Assembly (NCBI GenBank): GCA_012295275.1
Contig: CM022673.1
Coordinates: 2,728,001-2,792,000 of the forward strand
Reading direction: 5' to 3'
Source of the DNA: Chrysomallon squamiferum
Lineage: Eukaryota; Animalia; Mollusca
DNA: 64,000 nucleotides
Shown here: positions 38,908-51,900 of the stretch, in pieces
How positions within the stretch are numbered: position 1 is the first letter of the stretch
Layout of the letters: every line of letters starts with the position of its first letter
Position numbers and translations under genes: made by a program
Notes under the pieces: model-generated
The model's input: the letters and a program-made list of their open reading frames with translations, nothing else
Told to the model about the DNA's origin: nothing
The model's database searches: none

Positions 38908-41900
38908 GATATATGGAATCTCAAAAGTTTTTCTTTTTCGTTCCTTGTATCAAACAACAAAAATAGTTGTACAGAAAATGTATATTATATGATGAAATTA
39001 AGCTTATTATTTGTTACTTGGCCAGTGATAATTTAAGATTATAAGTAAGAAAGGTGGCCATCATTTCTTTTATCATGACAGATTTTTTTACAGATGAATG
39101 TAAAAATAAAACTACTGACAAATTCAAACTTAATAAATCATTGAAAAACACACATAAAATCTATTTACATTAATATTTATAAAATAATGTTGTGATAAAA
39201 TTTTTAAATATTTGGTGCAGTATATCCTTACATGTTTATTATTTTGTTTTCATAGTTTACTATTAGACTGGACACAAGTAACAAGACAAAATAATCACTT
39301 GAAGTATATTGTATTTAGACTGCTTGCATAGATGACCTGTCTATGAATTTTACACTTAATGTGATTTAAAAATATTAATAATAAAAACCCTAAATTCTAT
39401 ACCATATAAATATTTAAAGGTATATTAAAGTTTTAACATTAGAAAACAAATTCTTCGAATCTAGAATCGGTAATACCTTATAGCAGTGCTTATTGTTTTA
39501 AAAGGAAGAATACTTTTTTACTTATTTTAAAACCTAAGAATTTAAAAATAATGTCTATTGTGTAATATTTAATTTTGTTTTCCATGTTTAACTTAAATGT
39601 TTATTATGTTAAAAGGAAACATTTTTAAAACTTATTTTAAAACCCAAGAATTTAAAATTAATCTCTAACGTATAATATTTAATTTCATTTATCTTGAATA
39701 TGAAACTAAACCTTAATTAAATATTTAAAAATATTATAAAAAATTAACTTTTGTTTTTAAACAAAAGCCAAAAAATGTATTAAGCGAAGTAAAAATAATA
39801 AACTGGGCAAATAACTAAAAACTGGCAAAAAGGGTTAACAAAAAGCTGAACAACATCTAACTGAAACTAGAACACTGGATGCAGCTAGCATGCTTTAATC
39901 ATCAACTTTATAAAAATAAAACAGTGAAAACTAAAAACACTTTCTGAATACAAAGTTCAAAAACATTATTGAACAAAAATAATTATAAAAAAAAAACGAA
40001 AAAAAACAAACATGCATCATATGTAATCAAATTTTAAAAAACCAAAATAGATATCAAACATTCAAATATTGGGACAACATTTTAAAAAATAAGCATTGTT
40101 TAAAACACTTTACAGCAATATTTATAATATTTTGCTTGTTATGCACTATCAGTGTAAATACAATGCCATATTTGTTTATTTGTTCAATGTTATTGTTTTT
40201 TGTTTTATATTTTTTTTTATCAAAACTGATGTGAAATAATTTCTACATGTATTTAATATTTACTGCAGTGTTCTGACTAATAGTATTTATTTACCATGTA
40301 AATTAACAAAACTTTTCTGATTAATCTCTGAAGACCACTGTAATTGCCATTTGTCATTATGTATGTATATATTTATGAGTAACAACAAATAATTGTGTGT
40401 GTATTCTACAAGTGCTATGAAAACTATAACAAAATTAAATTAAAAAAGAACAAGAACAAGCTCTAAATACCAGCTGTAATTTGGTCAGGTATCGCTTCCA
40501 CCACAGATACTTCTGGAATTGAGGACCCAGTGCAGCCAGGCCATAGTATGAATACATGATCACATGAATGAATGAGTTGATCATTGCACCAAAGAATGCT
40601 GGTATTATCCAAAAAAAAAAAATATATATATATATATACACACACAATAATAATAACATGAAGCATAACATATAATCTTATTAAAATGATATAAACATTA
40701 TTAGATCTATTTTAATACAGTTGTAGGAAAAATGGGATCTGTATAAAATTATTTCAGCAAAGAAACTTAGTTTAAAGAAAATTTGGTTTTGTATATCATT
40801 ATTACTATGTATACTATCATCATCATCATCATCAAAATCATTATAGTTATCATACTGATCCAGTTATCCAAGAATACTATCAATTTATTCAATGTTTAGA
40901 ATAATAACATTATCAAAAAATTAAAAATAACAATAACCATTTTCATATTAAGAAATTTTGAATTTATATAAATTTTCTGACTTAATATTACATGCAGGCA
41001 TATTCTATCTAAATCCTTACACATATCTTTTTTTTGTATATATAAAATAAAAATTGCAATTTAAATTTTTTTTAAAGTTAACTTCAAATACTTACACTGG
41101 CCTCCTGCCACCCATTTCACTCCTATCCACCAGATGGGAAACATGGTTGCATGATGATACACGTGCAGAAAGCTAACTTGGTTATTTTTCTTGCGTAAAA
41201 TGAAAATAACTGTGTCAAGCATTTCTAGAAGCTTTGAGAAGTAAAACCACCATAAAGCGCTTGCAATCTGAGATATAGTAAATAAAAGAAATCATTTTTG
41301 TTAACATTTATTTGTTAAGAAAAATATGACTGCTGTTATATTTTGAGAATTCTCTTTTGCCCTTGCTTTCTCTCTCACAAAAACACACCCATAATCTTAA
41401 AACATATTTTAAGTAGCTTACAGTCTGTAAAAATGTCTTGTAATATTAAGCAAGTCTGAACATTCACCAATAACCTTCAGCATGCAAACATTTTGATTTC
41501 TAATACATAAAGCTTGAACTAATCCCAGGATTTATTCATTACCGCAAGGATTAAAAGAGAATGTTGGGTACTAATCTCTTTAATTTTTCACTAATCTTCA
41601 AAAGCCATATTTACCTATGAACAAGTAAAAAGTGAAGTTTATTTATCATACAAGAAGTCAGATAACATATTAAAGTTTAGCAGAACACCTTAAAAGAGTT
41701 TCCTCTGAATTAATGTTTAAGATATGAGCAAAGAAAACACTGGACACAATGTGATTTCCACATAATTTGTCTGACCACAAACAGGAATGAAAAAAATAAA
41801 AAAAATTAAATAAAATGGATGAATGAACGAATGAATGAATAAATAAATAAAGAAAGAAAGAAAGAAAGAAAAAATGAATATTAAATTTACCTTCATTTCT

Positions 41901-43682
41901 CCTTCATCATATGTATATCTGACTGGCTGACATATGTAACTATAACCCTGTCGTGTACTCCATACTAAAAGCTAAAAATTAAGAATAAAAATATTTTCTT
42001 TATAATTTCATCCAGATATATAAAAATAAAATAAAGGCTTGAACAAGAAATACGCACCACATCTACTGGTGTGAACTCAATTAGCTTTTTCAAGAAAAAC
42101 ATGTTATTTCTTTAGCTTCATTATCAGTGTTACTCCCCTTTGACCATAAAAATTAATATAAACTAAGAAAATTCCTCATTTTCATAATTATATAACTAAA
42201 ATATTTTTATAATTTGTTATATATTTTTTGAAATGAAATTTGATGTTTTGCTCTAAAGATCATATTGTTTCTTTTACAAGGGTTATTTCCCTTTGACTAT
42301 GAAGAAATCAAAAATTGTGAACTATCTCTCACGCTTAAGTTTATTATTTTAACTTTATAAATGAATGTTTAATCAGATAATATAAAGAAACTAATCTTGG
42401 TTTTTTTACTCTTAAAAAATTAAAACCGTAGGCACTTCGTAATTAAAAAGCAAAATCTGTTACTTTTGAAATGAGAATAAGCGCCAGATTATTATGAATA
42501 TTATTATTTTAAAATTATACGTAAATACTTTTTACCTGTTAACACAAATCAGTTAAAAGATATTAAAATATTCTTATACATGCATTGCTGTTTCTTACCT
42601 GTGTGCATATATGGAGGTTCACAAGAATTAGAATGAAATTGTAAAAGTTGATAAACCATTTCAGGTTGAAAGGTTTTCTTTTGGCCATAAGCTTTGGTCC
42701 AATCCAGACAATGGCGAGGTACAGCAGTGTGAAGTAGAGTGTGGGCAGACAACTGTCCATAAGTAGCCAGCCCTTGACACGAACATCTGAAATCAGGTTT
42801 ATCATACACGTGTATGTCTGTGCTCAAAAATATTGATAATAACTAATAATAGTAACAACGAAAGTAATAATAGTAATAATAATAATAACAACAATAATAG
42901 TAATAGTAATAACAATAATTATAATGATGTTAACAACAATAAAAACAACATCAATAATAATTTCAAAATATTTAAAATAATAATGATAATAATAGTAACA
43001 ATTAAAATAACAACATAATTATAATAACAATAACATAATAAAAATAATAATAATGAATGATATTAATAAGAAATTTATCTTGAACTCGAAGCTAAAAACA
43101 TATATATATATAATAGAAGTAAAATAAAGAAAAAGAATAAAAACAGTAACCACTGCCAACAACAAAAACACCCAGATATCATTCTTATCCAAATTAAATG
43201 TTAAACAAATATAACTTCTTCATTTTTTTGTACACAAGTTTGTCTATTACATATACATGTAGATGCAGCAATTTGTATTCAAAGTGCTTGTCCCTTGAAT
43301 AATTTCATATCTGGGAATAATCAACAGCTTCAGGCTGGCAATGAAGCCTAAACCCTAAATCCTATTACATTTCAAATTATATATACATCTCTCCTGATTG
43401 TTGTTTTATATATGATTCTAAATTCATTTTGTACACATAACAAAGTTTGTTATCACTGCATGAAAAGAAAAGAAAAGAATAAAAAAAAACATAATTTAAG
43501 CAATATTTCCAGATTTCGTAAATCTGGATAGAGATTGCTCAAACTATATAAGTTTGTGTATGTTTGTTTTTCACTATTTTAATCTAATGTATGTTCAGAT
43601 GACCAAGTTTCTCACCTGCAGAGTCCAGACATTTCTCATAGAAGGCCTGAAGCTCATAAATCTTGTCTAATATCACCTCCAT
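37743..43682 (-). CDS. ELOVL4: Elongation of very long chain fatty acids protein 4-like, with two alternative versions of exon 6
   Basis: Exons: 43682-43616 ([11 protein letters not shown]), 42786-42599, 41971-41891, 41267-41096, 40598-40471, [38672-38514 or 38480-38319], 37814-37743. Motifs: [31 protein letters not shown] (HxxHH box), [37 protein letters not shown]-terminal KKEK dilysine ER-retrieval signal. There is no intron after ..LDT, as in vertebrate ELOVL4. Confidence 0.9.
38319..38480 (-). CDS. ELOVL4 alternative exon 6b (54 codons, phase 0-0)
   Basis: TTTTAG|ATTCAG...CTAAAG|GTAACT; encodes [54 protein letters not shown]. This is the more canonical ELOVL4-like version (CxFPxWMHWALIxY). 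Confidence 0.9.
38514..38672 (-). CDS. ELOVL4 alternative exon 6a (53 codons, phase 0-0)
   Basis: TTGTAG|ACTCAA...AAGATCAAG|GTAATT; encodes [53 protein letters not shown]. Branch-point-like TACTAAG lies ~30 nt upstream. Confidence 0.85.
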
Positions 43683-44209
43683 GACAAGCTGTGAAATAAA
43701 ATAATGAAAATAAAATATTTTAACACTAAATATATCTGATAAGTATGTGGAAAATAGACATTTCTCATTTCCAAGGCCCTAATAACATGAAAAAAACATC
43801 TGACCAGCTATTACGCCTGATTCAGTTTTATCAATTACTGTAATTTTTAAGACGTTATATATACTCTCTCTCATTCACTCTCACATATACACACAAAATT
43901 ATTTTTATAAACCATTCCAGTGTCATTTATCTTCATGTCTTTATCATATTATTTCATTCACCCACAACACAAGTTCCTCATTTTGGACAATTTTCTCTTT
44001 ATTCTCAGCTGTGCAAAAACATTAATGAACTGGTTTAATAAATAATTATTTTATTCAAATGTTTTAACAAAGGTTCTTTAAAACAGATAAATTATTACAG
44101 TTAAGAATTATCAAACCTTTTTTAGGTTTAGAAAAAATATTAATATCTTAGTAAATTAAAACATTCATTCTTGTAAATTTTATTCACCAGGTGAAATATT
44201 TATCAGTTT

Positions 44210-44520
44210 ATGAAACAGGCAACTAAAAGGTTTATTAACAAATAGAATAGAACAGAATAAAAATAAAAATAAAAATAAAAATAAAAATAAAAATAAAAAT
44301 AAAAATAAAAATAAAAATAAAAATAAAATAAAATAAAATGAAACAGGCAACTAAAAGGTTTATTAACAAATAGAATAAAAATAAAAATAAAAATAAAAAT
44401 AAAAATAAAAATAAAAATAAAAATAAAAATAAAATAAAATGAAACAGGCAACTAAAAGGTTTATTAACTAAAAATTAAAATAAAATAAAATAAAATAAAA
44501 TAAAAACAAAATAAAATAAA
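44210..44520. repeat. Compound tandem repeat: 30-bp core ATGAAACAGGCAACTAAAAGGTTTATTAAC x3 separated by (TAAAAA/TAAAA)n
   Basis: Cores start at ~44210, ~44338 and ~44439; the spacers are simple A-rich repeats of variable length. Confidence 0.9.
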
Positions 44521-46959
44521 ATTAGAATTAAATTTGCTTTTAAAATAAAATAATAACAGGATTATACCATGAAACTGCTCTCTTAAATATAAGAGAAATT
44601 CATTAGATTTTGGCAGAAAATTATATAGCTAATAAAGACATCCAGTTACATCCATCCACCCATAAATACATACACAAACACACAGATCAACACAACAATG
44701 TAACAAAGAATTAAATAAATATAATGCATTCAATGGATCTAATAATGTGTACAAGTCAAATGTTTCTAACAACAAACAAAACAAAACAAAAGCCTGTGAT
44801 TTCCGAAGAAAATACCTATAAAGCTACTTGGAAAAATAATCTGTTGAAAGTCAGGTCTGCAGGTCCAAGCAAGATGAGATCTGCAATAAGTAAATGAATG
44901 ACCCGTAACACAGAAAGACCATATTGCTTACAAACGTAGTCAACTGCAACCATCATAGCAACCATAACCATGAAAGAAAGCTTCTAAACTCTGATGACTT
45001 AGGCCAGTTATTATTATTAGGTCCATTGAAAATTAGGACAATTAATATTAGGTAATAATGTGATTTGTAATTAATGTAATTAATTAAAACGAATCAGTAT
45101 TTAGTGACACCTCAAAAAATTTTGTATCACTTCTTAAATATTATGTGTAAGAAATTTTTTAAATATAATTTGTTTGTTTTTTCATAATGACGGATCCAGC
45201 CTTAATATTAACAAAGCATGGGTTATTTTCTCTGATTAAAATACCACAGTGTATGACTATAACATTTTTATATCAGACTGGAATGGAAAACAGCCCACAT
45301 GGATATAACTAATATACTGAACCTGCTACTCTAAGATCAGTAATTACACAGGGTTAAAAGAAGAAAAGGAGATGATGTTTAAAACATACTTGTAATGGGT
45401 ACATTATCTGTGAGTTTCTGTACACACACTAACATATTACTTGTGGAATAAAACACATACAAATCTTAAATTACTGTGGTTACCAGTGAACAAAGCACTT
45501 GAGGTTAAAAATGATATTCATGTCAGATCAAGCTGGGGCCACTAGTTATCTGTACATAAAAAGATTATGCTGCTTCTTTACAGTATTTTGTGACAGTCAT
45601 TTTAAAAGGTTTGACCCTGGCTTCTCTCTAACTCAATACATATTTTTTAACTGTCCCATTGTTTATTTTTGACACATGTTTAGACAAGTCACTTTTAATT
45701 CAGCAATTTCTTATCCTAATAAAAAAAAATTAAGTACAGTTCCCACATTTGTCTCTCATTTCATTATAAAAATTGTGTGTGTATGTTAATGAGACATACT
45801 AATGAGGTGGTTCAGAAGGGTTATTATTTTTCCTTCTACATCGTGATATTAAAGATTACAAAAACACTTTTTTATAACATGTTATTGAATTATTTATCTT
45901 TTAATTTTTTAAAAGTGTTTCACGCATATGAAAATGAATAAATAAAAAATATAAATATAGTTATAGCTGCTAATTTTCAATTATTTATTATTTCATCAAC
46001 ATAATATTATTATTATTATTAATGTAACAGATTACATACAGGTTTTCTAATTAACATTATTTTGTTATCTTCACCGTCTTCAGTTTTTCCTTGTTTATTG
46101 AAACTCTATTTCTGACAGTATAACTTTTCTATTTATCAGAGGTGTGGAATGTAGTTTGCTTTGAAATGCAGCAATGCAGTTTGCTTTGAAAAAATGTCTT
46201 CATTAATATTATAATCATTATTATTTTTTTATATTTCAATTTTGGAAAACATGGAATAACATTCATTTAACAGAATCTTAATATTTTTATTTTAGAGGTT
46301 CTCTGAAACTCTAGAATTGGTGTTAGTAAGTACCTTTAAATGCTTTAAAAAAATATTCATTATTTAATAAGGTACTGATGATTTTGTTTTACTGATAACA
46401 ACAGCTATTTCATTCTTATAACTTACTCTAGTTTTCAAAATAAAATATATATAATTATTCAATGAAATTAATATTAAATTTGTAAGTTCTACCTCTTGTT
46501 TATTAACATTACAAAACAATGATGAATATGCATTACTTTCAAATAAAAGAAACAAATATTTAATCAATGTGTAATTTATATAAAAAATTATATATTAGCA
46601 AAAAATAAAGACAAGTATTAGTCATTAAATCTCTAAGATTATAATCATTACACTTCTTCTAACCCTAAACAGAACTAATATACCTAATTGTAACTAACGT
46701 GTGAATAATAATAACAGAGATGGAGATTCATCTAATGGGCAAATTTAACTAACTATAAGTTTATTATTTTACATCAATAACATATTTAAATTTGCAAAAT
46801 AATAACAAAACAAAAAAAATAATTAATTGAAATTATACATCATAAATAAAAAATAAATATAAAATTCCGAATAAATGGACAAATAAAAGCATGGTAATAT
46901 TTTTCGTTCTTCAATCTTTTTTCTTATTTGACAGCTACAGATATTATAATTATTTTCTG

Positions 46960-47945
46960 CAGGTTACCTCCCCTCACGTATATAAAAGTGAAGAATCTGC
47001 AGAGTTCTGAATCATAATAAAATATATATATTTTTGCTGTTTTCTTTATATTTTTTTTATCTGCTTATATTAGTATTTAAAGTAAACACAATTTCGTACT
47101 TCATGCGGATTCTTTACTTACAGTACTAGATAATAACAGCATGTATTGACAACATGGCGTCTGAAGTAAATGTATATGTTAATTCAATAATTGTGTTAGT
47201 ATTGATTACCAAAATATAACAAACCTGTTAGGTGAATGATTATATTATGACGAAGATATAAATGTGCAGTTCATATGATAGAATGACCAGGTCAAACGAG
47301 AGAAGTAACGTGTATAATCTTGACAACTAAAAACATGTTGCCAGCAACAAGAAAAAACAAACGGCTGCAAACCTAATGCCGGTTTATGAACCAATCGAAA
47401 CGGGTTTCACAAACATATATCAGATACATCTATTTTTACTGGATTATAGTCCTTTGGGAATTTCTTCTTTTAAACAACACAAACTAATAAATAAAAATTA
47501 CAAATTCCTGCTTGTTACCCCAGTTTTTCAATCCTTTTTAACCGTTTATATTACAGAAATGATTACAAATATTTTACTCTTTCAACAAAAGCAATAGCCT
47601 TTTTAAAAAAAATTTTTTTTTTTCTTTTTTCTTCAGTATTGGATATTGCAATAAAGGAAAATATAAACTACTGAACAGATATAGTGAAACAAAATGATTC
47701 TTCTTTATTATTATTTTATCTGCATATAATGCCACTGACAGGTGTCTCCCTTACATTTCTTTCGGGAATTTCCCTAGGAATTTTGGACATTTTAACCAAT
47801 AAATGAGCTTGTTATTAAATAGTGTTTTCTAGCTCTTCAATATTTTGATTGGTGGAGACGAAGGGAACTTGTACAGAAAAATCAAGTGTGTTGACCCGAG
47901 ATCGTTTATATCAACAACAGCAGGTAACCTAGGGAATTGCAGGTA
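46960..47945. promoter_or_regulatory. Putative bidirectional promoter and first non-coding exons of the two head-to-head ELOVL genes
   Basis: Minus-strand donor GGAG|GTAACC at ~46967; plus-strand donors CAG|GTAACC (~47923) and CAG|GTAATA (~47942); CCAAT (~47796) and ATTGG (~47848) boxes; YY1-like AACATGGCG (~47151). Both ATG exons are preceded by acceptors, so upstream UTR exons are expected. Confidence 0.45.
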
Positions 47946-48531
47946 ATATTTGTGCTTATGTTGGTATATGTATTATAACTTTTATAAAAAGTGTTATTTA
48001 ACTGAAAAAATTACAAAACTTTATTTAATAATGTTTATGTGATTATTAAGTTGAATAAGTCGTACCATGCGTTTTATCGATTTTGGTTTTCTTGTAAAGG
48101 AACTAAATTTTATATGAAAATGCACGTGTGTATTTAAGTTTCCTTGTGTATAGTGTAGTATAACTGTAGTATTTTCGTGTCATTTTTTTGACCATCGATT
48201 ATAATGATTCATGGTATAATAACTTTTTATCTATTAAATTGGATTCAAGGTGCTTAACAATAACATTAACATGTTTCAGAAATTCAAAATTTGAAACAAG
48301 AAACGTGTATGTATATAATATATGTGTATATTTATATATGATAATGTTACAAACCGCACTCATCATCATCTTTATCTTACACCCCCCACTGTTTCCCTCT
48401 CTGAGTGTATATGTGTAAGTGATAATATTAAAGCTAGTGACGGCAGTTTAATAATAAATTTAATACAAAACATTTACCAGGTTACAAAAATATTATACTG
48501 GACAGAGTTGTCGGTGTTTCTGTTTGTGTGG

Positions 48532-48639
48532 TAGTGATAACACTAGCAGTCCACTGACCTGGTTGCCTCAATATTATATTCATGTAGCTTTACAAGATCA
48601 CATGCCTGGACTTGTTAATATAATCTTACATTTTCAAAA
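48532..48639 (+). repeat. Dispersed repeat, left arm of an inverted pair with 51148-51293
   Basis: TAGTGATAACACTAGCAGTCCACT...TGCCTGGACTTGTTAATATAATCTTACATTTTCAAAA matches the reverse complement of 51148-51293. Confidence 0.85.
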
Positions 48640-48923
48640 ACATGATAATAATATTATAATTTTGTTTGGTGTAATGATTTCTTATACATGGTTATATAAC
48701 AATTTGTTAACATTTTTTTTTTTTTTTTTTTAAATGTAGGACTTTTAGCGTAAAATTTGAGATGTTTTATATTAATTATGTTACAGAAATTGTTGAAAGA
48801 AAGTATCCTTTACATTTATATCAATGGAATTCCAACATTTTGAAAATTATGTGTATATATATATTTTTTTTTTCTTTCTAGATTTGATTTTCATTCAGTG
48901 TTTGTATCTTCTAACTGAACATC

Positions 48924-51900
48924 ATGTCATTTTGGGAAACCTATGACAATTTGATTACCAAACAACGAGGTAAATCTTCTTAAATATGCTTTTTTCTGTG
49001 CTGTGCTCTCTTCTATCCACCCTAAATTGAAACAAATAAAATAGATTTTGGTTAATGGTAAAATGTCATATATTTCCTCTGAAGATTATTATTATAGCAT
49101 GATAAAAACACAGTACTTACCATCTGTATGAAAAAATAAATATTTCAATCTTTATATAATTTTCAGATGGTCACAATATTAGACAATAATATGAATTCTA
49201 ATATATATTTAGTGAATGTTTGTAAAAATGTAAGACCCTGTGTTTGCATAAAAAATAATGTCATGTTTTGTATTGATATTATGTCAAAATTTGTAATATG
49301 TAATTATGAAAATATTTTTTGTTTCAATTTTTTATTTATTTAGTTACTTACTTATTAATTTTTTTTTATATAAATTTATTTTATCATTTTTTACTATATA
49401 AGTTATTTAAAAAAAAAATTATTATTTTAATTTTTTTATTATTATTATTTATTTTTATTTTGTTCTTGTTTAAGATACCCGAACAGATAATTGGTTTCTG
49501 ATGTCAACACCATGGCCTACTCTGACTGCTGTCGTCCTTTATCTTTTGTTTGTGGTTTTGGGACAGAAATTCATGGCAGACAGAAAGCCATTTGATCTGA
49601 AAAAAGTTCTCATTTGTTACAATTTTTGTTTAGTGCTGCTTTCAGCATTTATGTTTGAAGAGGTAAAGTTCTGCTAAAATTATTATTATTGTTTCCTTTT
49701 CTTCTTCTTCTCATTATTATTATTATTATTATTATTATTTATTATCATTATTATTATCATCATTATTATCATTATCATTATTATAATTAATGTTTCTTCT
49801 TGTTATGCTTAGTGTTAACAGAATTTTACTATAACTTATAAACTGTAACATTTTTTACACAGCTGTTTACACTGTGTTTTGACTAATTTTGAATTTTAGC
49901 CTAGAAACTTTGACCTTTTTGTTATATTTACCTTTGTTTGACATCTGACCGCTGATATATTTGTTTGTGCTGGTGCGTCGTTAAATATTCGTTCATTCAT
50001 TTATTCAGTATCAGTGTTAAACGTATTAAGGAAATTACAAAAACAAAAAGTATTTAGAAAGCATTTGAATAGGTCAGTTAAATGCATCTATTAACTTAGG
50101 AATAAAAAATATCAAATAAAATTTGAAAAACAATTATTCATCAAAGTATCATTAACATATGTATCTAACTTTTCTTTTTATTTCATTTATTTCAAGGTGT
50201 TTCACAATTTAAATATAATCCTCCCAAAAATTAATAATTTGTTTAATTAATAAATACAAAATGATAATGAATACATTTAAAGAGCTGTAGTTGGACAGAA
50301 AAAGAAAAATAATCATTAATAATATCTGATTGTTGTGATTGTTGTGTTATTTTTTTGTACAGTAATTTTGATTTCTGTTTTAGTTTCTTGTGTCTGCATG
50401 GATGCGGCCTGGTTTCAGTCTGATGTGTGAACCAGTGGACAGCTCAAATGATCCGATGTCAGTACGGGTGAGTCTTTAATACGATAAATTAATCTCTTTA
50501 ACTTTTTGATATATTTAATCTATTTAACTTCATAACTAAAATTTAGTAAATGTAATCTGTTTAACTTCATAACTAAAATTTGATAAATTTTATCTGTTTA
50601 ACTTCATAACTAAAATTTAGTAAATGTAATCTGTTTAAGTTCATAAACTAAAATTTGATAAATGTAATCTTTATTTTTAAAAACTATCTGTCTTAGGATG
50701 AATATAAAATAATTTTGAAAGTGTTCATATACCTGTGAATTATGAATTTAAAGAAAGTGATGATAATTTGAAAGACAACAGCAGTTAGTCTCAGTGGGGA
50801 TGTATGAAAATAGAAATATAAGTCATATTCAGTGGACTTTAAAACTTAAAATACACACATTTTATTTCTTCTTTTATATATATATAATTCTTTTCCTTTT
50901 TAAAAATTTTTTTTTTATTATTATTGTTTTGTTTTTAGCTTGCAGAAGCCTGCTGGTGGTTCTACTTCTCAAAGATTATTGAACTTTTCGATACAGTAAG
51001 TACAAAAATGTAACTAGACACTGTAAATTTGTTGTTTTTAAGAAGGTAAATAAAAAATTATATCACCTGTACAGCTAATCTGAACATATAAAATATATTA
51101 ATATCACGTACTTTGTAGATTTTATTTTATGATAAGAAGCCAACCTATTTTGAAAATATAAGATTACATTAACATGTCCAGGCAGGACTGCAAAAGATAT
51201 AAGATTCAATTCTTCTTTTGTATGTGCTCTTGAAATGACACATGACTATAATACTGAGGCAGCCAGGAGAGTGGACTGCTAGTGTTATCACTATCAAATA
51301 CTGTATAAAAAGAATTGTAGAATTGTAGAATACTGTGACAACGTATTTTGTGTAAATGACATGTTAATTTAATAAGGCTGAATAAAATGATACAGTATTT
51401 GTATTTATTGACTGTGTTTTTTTTTTTTTTTTTCCCACAGGTATTTTTCGTTCTACGTAAGAAGAACAATCAGATCTCATTTTTGCATGTTTATCATCAC
51501 TCAACTATGCCAATTTTGTGGTGGGTTGGAGTTAAATTTGTGCCAGGTGGAGAATGTAAGTGTATCTACTAAAACTTAAAGATGTACTGAAATTTCTAAT
51601 GTATAAATAACAACATTAAGGTTGTCTGGAAGAAAGAATTAAGGCGTGTATGTTAAAATATTTATCCAGTTTTTTCTGTCCTCTTGAAAAGTTTTCAGAT
51701 ATGATTTTTGATTCTTGTTAAAGTTATCATTTAAAATATTCAAAAGGAAGCTGAAAAGAAAGTTTATTTGTTTGTCTTTAAAAACAATTATAAAATAAAG
51801 GAATATTTACAAAGATTTATCTAGTTTTGTAGAAAATATTTTATTATCAGTTTTATTAAAATATATGCTGCATATTAATATAAGTGAGATTAATAAACAC

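Noticed and set aside
42833-43060. Asn-rich ORF
   Set aside because: It is an (AAT/AAC)n low-complexity intronic tract.
44210-44520. CRISPR-like repeat-spacer pattern
   Set aside because: The spacers are simple (TAAAAA)n, there are only three cores, there are no cas genes, and the context is eukaryotic.
49940-50005. SINE 3' tail-like sequence (GTGCTGGTGCGTCGTTAAATATTCGTTCATTCATT; similar at ~36750-36800)
   Set aside because: Too short and degenerate to annotate, or to use for species identification, without a database search.
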